In this document: positions 1 to 12,669 of the stretch, in pieces
Layout of the letters: each line of letters begins with the position of its first letter
Numbering within the stretch: position 1 is the stretch's first letter
Assembly (NCBI RefSeq): GCF_964355755.1
Contig: NC_092674.1
Coordinates: forward strand, 1,488,001 to 1,552,000
From: Antedon mediterranea
Taxonomy: Eukaryota > Animalia > Echinodermata
Length of the DNA stretch: 64,000 bases
Reading direction: 5' to 3'
The notes under the pieces: model-generated
Told to the model about the DNA's origin: nothing
Databases searched by the model: none
The model's input: the letters and a program-made list of their open reading frames with translations, nothing else
Program-made: the position numbers and the translations under genes

Positions 1-258
1 CCAGTATTGACTTTTGGTCTGGATGTAGGCCTCTCTCTAGCCAGTTCAGATGCTTACCAATCATTTTTTTCCTGAACCAGGTTTATCCCGGCTATAGTTC
101 CACCACCAAAAGTCGGCCCAATTTTGTGTTCTAGTGGGGTGGGATATACAATATATGATTTATAATCAGAAAGCTGGATGATGATGACACTTGCTGTTGA
201 TGAGAAAGTGATGATGCATTGATAATTAATTTAATTAATTAATTTTAAAGTACATTAC

Positions 259-3200
259 TTCTATAACGTTTGCGAGTAAAGCCATTTCAGGAATTGAAAA
301 TATGTCCATAAGCTGTCGCATATTTTGTCCCTGTAAAGAAAAAATAAATTAAATTTCACTGAATCTGAAAGCTTGCTTGCCTTTTCCTTCATGTTTATTT
401 GTTTAAGGTCAAAGGTTATACTTAATTATGCAAAAGATTTGATTACACACCTTGCCATGAAATGAGCTCATGTACGTTACTGGGATGTGAACACTGTCAT
501 ATTCCTCAATGACCTCCTCATTGCTTAACTGTCGGTGACCCCTGAAGTAAAATGGTTTAAAAAATCTAAATGAATCTACTATACATATCAATTGAACACA
601 CTATCCAAGACCTGCATTAGTGAGTTTATCTAAAAAGACTTCTACGCAATCAGTGGCACAACGGCTAGACCTGCATTAGTGAGTTTATCTAACAAGACTT
701 CTACGCAATCAAGTGGCACAACGGTTAGACCTGCATTAGTGAGTTTATCTAACAAGACTTCTACGCAATCAGTGGCACAACGGCTAGACCTGCATTAGTG
801 AGTTTATCTAACAAGACTTCTACGCAATCAGTGGCACAACGGCTAGACCTGCATTAGTGAGTTTATCTAACAAGACTTCTACGCAATCAGTGGCACAACG
901 GCTAGACCTGCATTAGTGAGTTTATCTAACAAGACTTCTACGCAATCAGTGGCACAACGGCTAGACCTGCATTAGTGAGTTTATTCAACAAGACTTCTAC
1001 GCAATCAGTGGCACAACGGCTAGACCTGCATTAGTGAGTTTATCTAACAAGACTTCTACGCAATCAGTGGCACAACGGCTATGAGCACTCACTAGCTAAA
1101 CCCAAGGGCCCGGCCTGAGCAGTGTCCAGAAGATAAAACAGGAATTAAAATATACATCAAAAAAGGCTAAAAACGCCCAAGGCCTCCAGCGTTGGAGGGC
1201 TACTTAGGGTTCCTAAAAAAGGGGGCCTCAGGCATCTGTGTTAGACCATCGATTGCAATTCTGTTTTATTTCTTCCCCCCCAAGTCCCAAAAGGTCCACT
1301 ATTTTCTCTGTTGGTATTTTTTCTTGTCTTGTTTAACTAAAGACAATATTATATATATACAAAATTTACATTATCAATTGTATACAAACAAAAATATGTT
1401 AATATAAAATGAAAAAATACGGTAATTAAATTTACGGAATCTGAAATGACTCAAACTTGATGTAAAACATGCGCAGTCGATCATGTGACGACAAGCAATA
1501 GCTTAGCGCTTCATGTACGCGGTACGCGGTAAAGTGTTTGCTGGAAATAAATACAGACGTACAACAGGCGGTAAAGATAGGTATAGGTAGCTGTTGCCAA
1601 GCTCATATCTTATAACACTACGCGCCCAGTAAATCATCCATGGACGCCATTCGGGCGGACAGGTTATTTAAATTGTGATTTAAATGTAAATGGTTTAAAT
1701 TTTGCGGTCCGCCTCGAAGTATCTGTGGTTAACCATCTTGATGAATGATTCATGGAAAAGGGAAGAAATTATGTACACAAAGTAAAATAAAAGTTTCTTT
1801 GGGATCTGGACACTTTCCGATTAATTCTGTGTGTTTACATTGATACGTTTGGTTAGACAACTTCGTTCTTTAACCGAAACATTGTGGATATTGCCTTGAC
1901 AACGGCGGAATGGCGTCCATGGATTACAAAGGTCTCACCCAGTTACCTATCTTGCGCCGCGTAGCGGCGCTATACAATCTTTGGTGTCTGGAAATACAGC
2001 GAATACGGATACAGCGCCTAAACATGGGAAGGAAGGCCAACTCAGACAGCGTCGTACGACGCTGTCTGAGTTGTTTGTCCTTTAAACATCATGAAAGCGT
2101 TAAGTTCTGGTGTCCATCGTTCAACTAGCCCAAGCCACAACAAAGAGTCTTAAATCAGTCTTTAGAACGTCAAATAACGCAAATTTTGCCGGGGCCTTCG
2201 GCCCCTGACCGGGGGCCCTTGGCGGCCCCCTGGCCCCCCAGCCATTGTTGCTCGCTTTGCTCGCACCCCCCCCATTATAAATGCTGCATACGGGCCTGAT
2301 ATGGAAAGTAAATTTTCTACCTTTCATGATTTTTTTTTACAAACATTTTTAGCAAAATGAAAAAAATTTAAAATAAGTACTTGAATACAGAACCAAATTG
2401 AATTCGATGGAAAGCATCTATCTTCAAAAGTAATCCCTGGGGAAAAAAATATAAATAAAACTATAAATCAAAATCAATTCACTAGTACTGTCAAAAACCA
2501 ATAGATGCACTGATTATGTTTAAATAATATAGTATAAAACTGACTCCAAATAAAGAGAGGCAAGTCATGATTCAACGTTTCGATCTGTATTTAAAAAATA
2601 TTACACATACCTTATGGATGTCATAATGCAAGCCTCTTATAGCAAAGGTGGGGTCATAGGGCACATCTTTTATTCCTGGTGGAAACTAATTAAAACAAAA
2701 TTAATTAAAACAAATAGTAATTTGATATGTATAAAATAGAAAGAATCAAACATGCCAATGTAGAATGGTTTGTGGAAAATAGTGTTCTATCTTTTTATGA
2801 ATTCTTGAAGCTGACAATTTATAGTTTTCTTTCCTGAATTATGAAAATGAAAAACAAAATGTTAAATTGTATATATGAATATTTATTGTTTGATTCCAAA
2901 ATGTATTTAAGTGAAGAGAGGCACTATATGTCAACAAATAATTCTTAGTAATTCCATGATGGTTGTCACATAATGCTTTGTATTGTACATTGTACATTAT
3001 CATTGATTACTTCCATCTTGGTCCTGTCTCAATGATGGTTGTCACATAATGCTTTGTATTGTACATTGTACATCATTGATTACTTCCATCTTGGTCCTGT
3101 CTCCATGACGGTTGTCACATAATGCTTTGTATTTCTTGTCTTTTTTATTGTATGTATATGTTTCATATGGACAGTTTGTCTGAAATAAAGTTGAATTGAA

Positions 3201-4012
3201 CATTGCACCACTTCTTTCATCAACCTACCAGTTTTTTCTCCATTAATATCTGTAGTGCCATTTTGTATATAAGTTGATCAAGCTCAACAGTATAGTCAGC
3301 CAGTGTGTAATCATAATCAAATCCATAGATGTTAATATCTCCTAGATTCAACTCATTATTTGAAAACACGCCCTTTGGGTTTATGTGATGTAAATCACTT
3401 TTTGCTGAAAAAATAAACAAAGTTTGCCCTTTTTAATTGAACAAGAAACTGAAACAAGAAGTGTGTGCCTCACACTTGTTGGGGAATGGTCAAATGATGC
3501 CTCATATTTGTGGGGACGGTAACTCGATTTCTTTTTGGATACATTTTGCATGGGATGGCTCACATGCCTCGCACACTGATGTGCCATTTGTAACAAGTCA
3601 AGAGAAGCCAGATTAAGTTTGAGGCCTATTTTATTATTATTATGATATATGTTATATGTATTTGTTATATTATCATAATATATGTGTATTCATTATAAAC
3701 CAATACACGGTAAATCCATCTATTCATTCATTATTTCCTAGGCCTAGGCCTGCATAATTGTATTTCAACCAGTCAGACATGCATCCAGGGACCAGACAAT
3801 ATGATTGCCGCCACACAAAACGAAAAAGACAGGCTAGGCCTAGCATAGCTACCTAGCTTTTCGCAATAATCCTTTGATAATTTATAAAGGCGCCACAGAT
3901 CACCGCTTGTAGCATTGGAATCTTTGTTCCAAGAATTACTTAAATAATAAGAACGATAACTAAAAAATCTATGAGTATGTCTTGCAAATGTTCTTCTCAT
4001 GGGCGCCGCCAT
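259..4012 (-). CDS. NT5DC3: 5'-nucleotidase domain-containing protein (NT5DC2/NT5DC3 family, HAD superfamily), first 6 coding exons; the gene continues beyond the left edge
   Basis: GT-AG exons 4012-3853, 3404-3229, 2685-2611, 2436-2381, 541-451 and 330-259 splice in frame: MAAPMRRTFARH...NPKGVFSNNELNLGDINIYGFDYDYTLADY (HAD motif I)...[29 protein letters not shown]...MRQLMDIFSIPEMALL. The basic N-terminus resembles a mitochondrial transit peptide. NT5DC2 versus NT5DC3 orthology is not resolved. Confidence 0.92.
608..1081. repeat. 59-bp minisatellite, ~8 copies, in an NT5DC intron
   Basis: Unit agacctgcattagtgagtttatctaacaagacttctacgcaatcagtggcacaacggct; near-identical copies with no spacers. 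Confidence 0.95.
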
Positions 4013-4386
4013 TATTGTTTTCGTTGATTCATAAACATTTTTATTAACTTACTTTTAGCTTGACAAAAAAATGTATTTGATAGGCTAACAAATAAAATAT
4101 ATTTGTAAGTTTATTATTTATGAATAAAAATGATTTATATTCAAATGTAAAGCAAAATATTAAATATTATCATTAGACGACATATAGTTAACAAGTTCGT
4201 GTCAAGTTTAGGGTCAAAACTGACCAATGAAATCACAACACATCAGGTTGCGAATTCGACGTGGTTGTTTTTCGACAACAATTGTGAATGAGGGTTATGT
4301 TTTTGTAGTGTTCTTTTCATTTAGTTGAATTCCTTGTCACTACTGCATGGTGTCAGTATCCCAGTACTCTTGAGGAATTTTACAAG
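4013..4386. promoter_or_regulatory. Bidirectional promoter between NT5DC and DNAJC3 with ERSE-like and UPRE-like motifs
   Basis: Divergent start codons lie ~375 bp apart. CCAAT-N9-ACACA at 4224-4242 (ERSE consensus CCAAT-N9-CCAC[G/A]) and cGACGTGG at 4257-4264. Confidence 0.6.
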
Positions 4387-7300
4387 ATGAAAAACATTTA
4401 TAATTTTTTATCTTCTTTTCCAATTCTACTAGTAACTATTGGTCTTGGACATGAAAAAGGTAGGCCTAACATAACTTTTAAACGACCAACATTTTCAGTC
4501 AGCAGGGCACCACCTGTCACACGTCAGCTTGCTTGTATGTAGTGTAGTGTAGGTGGAAGGGCTTGTCACTGTATGGTGAAAATAGATTACTGTATATATT
4601 CATTAGGAATAATTATGTAGGCCTAATGTAGGGGCTTAGCTAGCAAGGCTTGCTTAAGTTACTTAAAAAATTATTTTTGTTTTTTGGAAAATGAATTTCT
4701 AATAATAAATATTATAAATAATCTGTTTTACTTTACTTTTTATATATTCAGGCGTATATTGGCTAGTTCAGTATGCCTCCTCGACCTAGCATGGTTGTTT
4801 AATATAATAAAAACCAGTGCTTGGTTAGTTTGTATAATAGATAGGCCTATATGTTGGTTATGGTTGGTTATATTTCTCGTTTTATGTCTGTTTTGTGTCT
4901 TCTGCTTGTTTACTTCTGTTGTTATTTAATTTAAAATCTGATTCTGGTTGGTGTATGGTGTACTGTGTTACTTGCGAAACCTTAGACCTGGCCGCTGGGG
5001 TGATCAAATAAAATAAAACTATACATAGAACACGTTTCTACAATAATAAATAAAAAAGCCTGATCATTTTTTATTATGTTTTACTTCGTAGGAGTTGATG
5101 CCACTCAGAAGGATGCCTCGAGGCATATGGAGAATGGTAATGCCTTATTGGCCGCTGGTCAGCTCGCCGAGGCACTGAACCATTACAATTCAGCAATTGG
5201 TATGTTTATTCAAGCATAAAAGACAATTTTGTTTTGTTCATGCTTACATTTTACTTGAAATTGTACATTCAAAATGGGGTTTTTTTTCGCTAAAAGTTTT
5301 TAGCTAAAATTCACATTCCGTTTTCTTTCTTTTACAGAGAATGACCCAGATAATTTCATGGCATACTACAGGAGGGCAACTGTTTATTTGGCAATGGGCC
5401 GTTCCAAGTCGGCGTTACCGGACTTGAAGAAGAGCAGTGTATTAAATAAAGCATTTTCACCCGCTCTTGTTAACCATGGCAACATCCTAATGAAACAAGG
5501 TCATTTGGCAGCCGCTAAGAAAGACTACGAAGCAGTTGTAAGTTTATTTGGAGCGAAGGTCATAGTTAAGAGGTCAAACTTTCAGAAAGGTTAAATATAT
5601 AATATATGTATCAGTGGTGAATCCAGGATTTTGAAACAGAGGGGCCTAGGGCCTAAAAGTGGTGAAATGAAGTTATGAACTTAATTTGATGTCCAATCCT
5701 TTGCATTACCATTTGCAAAATTTAAGATTCACCGTGACACCTATGTATGTGATTTAATGAATGGACTACTGTATCGGAATTTGTAAGTGAAAGAAATACT
5801 CTGTTTTGTTCTACAGATAGCAAACGATCCAAGCAATAAAGAAGCCAATGAGAAGCTAAGACTGGTTGATCCATTAATTGCGAACATAAAGCAAGGCGAC
5901 GCCCTCATGAAGTCCAGGAACTTTCAAGAGGCCCTTCAATATTATAATGCTGTTATAGATGTAAGAGATTCAACAATAATTTCGTTTAGAATTTATCAAG
6001 ATTTTTGCTTTGCACTATCTTATTGTTTTGTTGTTCTCTGTGTGTGTCACTGCCTCAAAAGAAGAATTTTATAAATATGAAATATTGTTTGTACCAATTT
6101 TTAAATAGATTTATTAATTGATTTTCTTTCAGCATTGTATATGGTTTCCAGATGTACGAATAAATCGTGCCGAATGTTACCTTCAAGTTGGAGAAGTATA
6201 TAAAGCAATTGACGACTACAAAGTGATAGTAAAATTGACCAATGACAACACACAAGGTTATTATAAAATGAGCGGACTTCACTATCAAATTGGAGATTTA
6301 GACGATGCTTTAGTGTAAGTGTTGTTTATACACAATTGGATGGGAGAACAACATACAGAATAAATATATGTATATGCTTTGTAGGAATATAGGAAATAGC
6401 ATGTAAGTTTAGGGTTACCCTGGACTAAGTTGTATTATAGTTGGAGAAATAACATGTAAGTTTAGGGTTACCCTGGACTAAGTTGTAATATAGTTGGAGA
6501 AATAACATGTAAGTTTAGGGTTAACTTAAAGGCCAGGTGCGGGCAAAAAATTTCTATTGATCATACATTCCAATAATTATCGATCTATAGTTTCCCCTAT
6601 GTTTCATAATTTTTGGGATTTTCTTTGTGTTACACGAGCTTGTTGAAAATAAGCACTTTCATATCAGTGGGGGGATAGTTCAAATTACACAGTAAAATCT
6701 CTATTCTTTTGTACACAAATTTTGTAAATAGAGAGGCATTTTAAAAAGCTATGAAAAATAAATGGTGTGGTAAAAAATGTTATCAGATGACTAAATATAG
6801 GTAATATAACTTGAATATTACATTTCTGATATTTTTATTCAACTTCAGATTTTTATTTTATTTTCATGCTATAGCAAAAATTATCCACCGTATATCCACC
6901 ATCTTTTTTCACCGTCTAGGGAGTCACCAGATATGTTATTACATTAGGTTAACTACCTAACTTCCTGGTTTTTATGGAAGAATTTTGCCAAATTTTGTAT
7001 TTGACCATATTAAGGGAAATTCATGTTTTTTCGTCTTGATTTCTGTTACAAATATTTGATTTATGTACAATTAACCAAATATTATATTTAAAATTCATGC
7101 CTGTACCTGAGCTTTAAAAGTTGTAAGTAATAACTTCAATAATGAAAGGCTTATCAATATGTATAAACCTGTACCGTACATATCATCAGTGAATCATTCA
7201 TACATTTAATAATTAAATTTATTTTTATTTTCAGTGATATTCGTGAATGTTTGAAGTTAGATCCTGAACACAAAGAATGTTTTCCATTTTACAAAAATAT

Positions 7301-9774
7301 GAAAAAGCTAAACAAACAATTAATGAAAGCAAAAGATTACGAAAATGAAGAAAGGTGAGTCCTTTTTTGTACTCAACATCAATAACGCAAGTGTATTTGC
7401 AATAGAAAATATAATAATGGAATAATAAATGGAAAAGTTCCAAATTGTATTTGTATGTATGAAATTCCTAATAAAATATTTTCCTATTAGAGGACGAAAT
7501 AAAGTTAAATTAAAATCAATAATTGCTACAATGATTTTTAATGGACTGTGGAATATTATTAAAATTGTATTGTATTCATAAAATTCTGTACTATAATTGT
7601 TTTTCATAAGGATAAGTACTTTCTCCTTATTAACAATACTAGGCTTTTTATGATGATGGGCATATTAAGATGAAAATATTGTATGCTAATAGACACGTCT
7701 TGTTTTTATGATGATAGGCATATTAAGATGAAAATATTGTATGCTAATAGACACGTCTTGTTTTTATGATGATAGGCATATTAAGATGAAAATATTGTAT
7801 GCTAATAGACACGTCTTGTTTTTATGATGATAGGCATATTAAGATGAAAATATTGTATGCTAATAGACACGTCTTGTTTTTATGATGATAGGCATATTAA
7901 GATGAAAATATTGTATGCTAATAGACACGTCTTGTTTTTATGATGATAGGCATATTAAGATGAAAACATTGTATGCTAATAGACACGTCTTGTTTTTATG
8001 TACAGCTATGAAGATGCTATAGGAAAATACGAAGCTGCAAAGAAAACTGAACCCAATAATTGGGCATACGTATCAAGAGCAGACAGAGGCATCTGTCATT
8101 GTTTAGTAAAATCTTTTAAAACATCAGAAGCTATTACTAAATGTAATGAAGTACTCGCTGATGATGTAGAGAATATTGATGTTTTATTAGATATTGGAGA
8201 AGCTTATATACAAAATGAAGAATTCCAAAAAGGTATGATTGCTAACATAGATTATTTGTTTAGCAGATTCTTGTATGGTATCATATCGAGCAACAATAAA
8301 CCCTGTGCTGTATCGTGTCTCATGGTGGAATACATTACCCAGTATCGTGTCTCCTGACTGCTTAGTTATTGTTTGGCTTGTTATTGTTTGTTTTACTATT
8401 ATTTTCTTGGAAGTTCATATGGAATATATTTATCAAAATGAAATCTGACATTTACACACATTAATATTGTTATAATTGTATATTTTTTTTCTTGTTAATA
8501 TTTTAGCCATTGATGAATTTACAAAAGCACATAATATAGAAGACAGTCAACGAACACAGGATGCTTTAAAACGAGGCAATAAATTACTTAAACAATCTCT
8601 AAAACGAGATTACTATAAAATTTTAGGAGTTAAAAGGTATGTTAAAATTGAATGTTATAAATAAGAAATGTTAAAAGGAATAAGGTAACACTTTTTAAAG
8701 GTTATTTTGAACGCTAAAGCTCTGTCTACACTATCAAACTCAAAAATAAAAAAAAAGTGTGCCCAAATATGGTAATGATATGCCCAAATATGGTAGTGAT
8801 ATGCCCAAATAATATGGTAGTGATATGACATCATTTTGTTCATATATGGTTGCATCCATTTTTTGTTTGATAGTTTTATGGGCAGAGTTCAAGTTACCAG
8901 TAGGATGTGTATTCAATGCAAGTAATTTGTTTCTGATGTTTTTATTTTCCACTTTTAGAAATGCAAATAAGAAAGAGATAATAAAGGCATATCGTAGTTT
9001 AGCAGTCCAATGGCATCCAGATAAATTTGAGGATGCTGAAGAAAAAGTAAAAGCAGAGAAAAAGTTTATAGATATTGCAGCGGCTAAGGAAGTATTAACA
9101 AACCCAGGTAAGGTTGTCACTTGTTGTATTCAAGTTCAAATTTATTGTACCAAAACAATGCAAAATTGAGATATGTAAAAACATTAAAGATTAAAATGGT
9201 AAAACATGTTAAAAACTGGACTTGATAAAATTTCACTATGATATAGTTAAGATTTTAAAATAGAGAATACTTACCGTTTAAAATAAGCAATTTGAAAATA
9301 CTGTAGTCTGATTGCACATGGAAAGAATGAATTATTATGATGCTCAGTCTTGTTAATTGAAGGGATCAACCTACTGGATGAGAAGTTGGTATCTGCTGTG
9401 AGAGAGTCAGTCAGTCCAACATTTATTTTAACTATTATAACTAGAACCGATACATGCCTCAGGGTGGGAAATACCATTTTGGCCTCCATTTCAAATGTAT
9501 TTTAGAACCTTCCCAGGACAGGTCAATTGACACCCCATTTGTGTGTAATATCATCAAACGCTCTCTCTTAAATCGGTTGATTATAATTATTGTAGTTATG
9601 TTTTAAACAATTTTTTTTTGTAATTCAGAAATGCGTGAAAAGTTTGACCGTGGTGAGGATCCACTGGACGCAGAAGAACAACAACAGAGTAATCGGGGCA
9701 ATTGGGGTAGTCCGTTCGGTTTCAACCCATTTGGAGGCGGAGGAGGCCATTCATTTAAATTCCACTATAATTAA
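4387..9774 (+). CDS. DNAJC3: DnaJ homolog subfamily C member 3 (p58IPK/ERdj6): signal peptide, TPR repeats and C-terminal J domain; 10 coding exons
   Basis: Exons 4387-4459, 5092-5199, 5338-5537, 5817-5960, 6133-6314, 7235-7354, 8006-8232, 8507-8636, 8959-9107 and 9629-9774, all GT-AG and in frame. Motifs AYYRRATVYLAMGRSKSALPDL, IRECLKLDPEH, KRDYYKILGVKR, QWHPDKF (HPD), FIDIAAAKEVL, C-terminal FKFHYN*. Confidence 0.96.
6400..6523. repeat. 53-bp tandem duplication, ~2.4 copies
   Basis: catgtaagtttagggttaccctggactaagttgta... recurs at 6400, 6453 and 6506. Confidence 0.85.
6530..7113. mobile_element. Kolobok-like non-autonomous DNA transposon (MITE) in DNAJC3 intron 5
   Basis: TTAA on both sides; imperfect TIRs aggccaggtgcgggca / tgcctgtacctgagct with AG..CT termini. 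Confidence 0.6.
7645..8000. repeat. 58-bp minisatellite, ~6 copies, ending at the DNAJC3 exon 7 acceptor
   Basis: Unit tttttatgatgataggcatattaagatgaaaatattgtatgctaatagacacgtcttg; the last unit runs into tacag|8006. Confidence 0.95.
8718..8888. mobile_element. Harbinger-like MITE family A copy (right end degenerate)
   Basis: TIR agctctgtctacactatcaaact; internal 21-bp units gcccaaatatggtagtgatat. Confidence 0.7.
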
Positions 9775-11432
9775 ATATTTTAAGTTTTTAGTCAAACCGG
9801 TAAAATTTTACTTATTCAATAACTTTTCATTACACACTATGAGTACATTTATATTTATGTATTTCTAAAATGGTATAAATAATTACTGCTATGTCAGATC
9901 TGTATATTTAGGTATTAAACAACAGGTATTTAGTTAATCTCTGTTTATGAGCCTCATCTACAAAATACCAGCCATAAAAAGTAGATGTTTTTGTTGATAC
10001 AATACTTTACTTTGATTGGCCAACAATGTGTGGAGTACAAATAGATACGAAACACCATTGCATTCAGTATACTAAGGCATTCCCCTTATACATATAACAT
10101 TGTTCTAAAGTTTTATAAGGGACTGTAAAACTCCGTCTACACTATCAAACTAGTTTGATTGTGTAGACAGAGTTTAAAGGTAGTGTGCATATATTTATTC
10201 CATTTAATGCTATTTTTCTATCGTATCCTCTATTTTTACATAATTTAATAGAACTAATTAACCTTTGACATGTTTGCTTTTATGTTTTCAGTAAAATTAT
10301 AAAAGTGATCACCTATAATTCTAGTTTTAATTATAATTGATTCAACTCTACAAAATTGAAAATTCATTTATCGCCTCATGTGGTTTAACATTAATGTTTT
10401 AACATAAAGAAATACAATTAGTAAAAACAAACAAATAAAATTGTTTGCTAAGAATAAATATTTAATGTTGAATGTCAAAAGCTATGCAATGTGGTACAAC
10501 ATGGTCTGCATATCCGGTTCGGGTCTCAGATATTGTATGTATGTTGCTCTCAAGATGTTTTAAGCCAATTCATTAGCCTAACACTACGTTTAACCCGTCA
10601 CTAGTTATGATTCTTATAACTAATATGTACGCTAATAATTTAAGTTAATGGTAGTCTATTTTATAAAACTGTACAATAGTGTTGTGGTGCATCCTAGAAT
10701 GGGAAAGGGAAAAATAGTTTCACATATTGGACTTTTTTGTTTTATTTTAACAAAAGTGTAAAGATATTTTTTTTAAATAAGTTTAATTTAATTGTATGAA
10801 TCTCTACAAACATGTTTTTTAGCCATAAATATTCTCTTTTTGTAGATGAGGCAAAAAGGTTGTAAGTGTAAGTTTTTATTTTGTATGAGGGAGGTTAGAG
10901 AACAAACCAACAATGGTCTCGTTAAAATTCAATTTGTTGCATGTGTTAATTCTAATTGCATCACCTTTACGATGTCATAGGTCATCGTTTGCGTTTGCAT
11001 AAAAAAATCTTTGTACTTAATACAAATTCTTTTCTCGAAAAATGCCAAAAATATCTTTTTAAAATGCTATTATTATGGCTATATATGCGCATATATTGCT
11101 TTGTATCATCTTATAGAGCCATAATAACCAGTTTTGTCGAAAAATAAAAGGGTCAAAATTTTACCATTATTGGATATCGACGTTTTAAAATGCTATTATT
11201 ATGCAATAATATGGCTATATATGCACATATATTGCTCATCTTATAGAGCCATAGTAACCAGTTTTGTCGAAAAATAAAATGGGTCGAAATTTTGCAATTA
11301 TTGGAAAAAATCCCTGTACTAGTACAGGGATTTTTCCGAAATATGCCCAAAATATCGAAATTTTGCCATTATTGGATATCGACGTTTTAAAAATAATGCT
11401 AATAATATACAAATAATGAATGTTTATGAGTG

Positions 11433-11862
11433 TAATGGTACAAATAATGGCACGAGGTGAATGATGAAAGGTTATATTTCAACGAGGCGATGAGCCGAGT
11501 TGAAATATAACCTTTCATCATTCACCAGACCAGACAGGTGGCGCTGTTGTATTTCACAGTACACAGAGCCATATCATAGGGTAATTTGTGTACTAGATTT
11601 TTTTTCATCCGCGAAACGTTTTTTTTTCCGTACACAAATGTTTAAAAGAAAAACGAAACTGAGGCCAGACGACAGGTGGCGCTGTTGTATTTCACAGTAC
11701 AGAGCCATATCATAAGATAATTTGTGTACTAGTTTTTTTTTTGTACACAAAAATGTTTCAAAAAGTACTATTAAACGATCGTTTAATAGTGCGTACTATT
11801 GCACGCCATGTGACCCACAACCGTCCAATCAAATGACAGGAATTTATTTAGGTGTTATATAA
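11433..11862. mobile_element. Non-autonomous element with a 28-bp perfect hairpin (Crypton-like, tentative)
   Basis: ggtgaatgatgaaaggttatatttcaac - gaggcgatgagccga - gttgaaatataacctttcatcattcacc at ~11455-11526; an internal ~65-bp direct duplication; ends ccaatcaaatgacagg...gttatataa. The family assignment is from recalled motif resemblance only. Confidence 0.4.
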
Positions 11863-12669
11863 TTTGCAATAATATTAGACCGGGCGCCCGGAAGATTTAT
11901 TCATGTGAAAAGATACAAAAGGTTTGATGATGTAGTTAGGTGCGTATTAGGGCGAGATGCAATATTCGACATTGCTGCCGGGTCACAGCCTGTACATGGG
12001 GCCTGTGGGGATCATAACATAGGGGGGTAAAAATGCCTTTATTCATGTGAAGCGATACAAGGATAAACTTTTTTGGATATCATTCGCAGTGGGCTACTAA
12101 TGATTACATCACCAATGACAGCAACTTTATCCTGTACGGGGCGCCAAACAGCAACATTTTAGGGCCACGCCCAAATTGGTTTATTCATGTGAAGCGATAC
12201 AAGGTTGAATCTTTTTTTAATGGCAGCAGTACATATTGGGGATGACAAAAACACCAATGACAGCAACTTTATCCTGTACATAAGCTCAGACAGCAGCCCT
12301 AAAGGTCCGCAGATTCCCCCTATTCGGCTATATACTCGGCGCGTATGTCGTCTTATGGCGTTCAGCTGAGTTAGAAATACGTGATACGGACTCGGACTGA
12401 CAATAAATACACAGCAGAATGATAAAACAATAAATAAAGAGAGCAGTTGTTTGCTGTACCAAATCATCAAACATCAAACTCTTAGGAACTCGCCCAAAAT
12501 GGGTTTATCCATGAAGTGTGTAATCATTTTTGAGCAGCTCAAATACCCGAGGCTCCATTCGTGATCAACAATGTTGATAATACAAACACATTCACGATAA
12601 CGAGTGACTTTTATTTTATAATGGAAATATATTTTTATTTTGGAATAATAAATAACACCAACAAAAACA

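Noticed and set aside
2150-2300. GC-rich island with a 68-aa ORF
   Set aside because: Resembles a solitary end of a common GC-rich MITE; no partner terminus or coding evidence.
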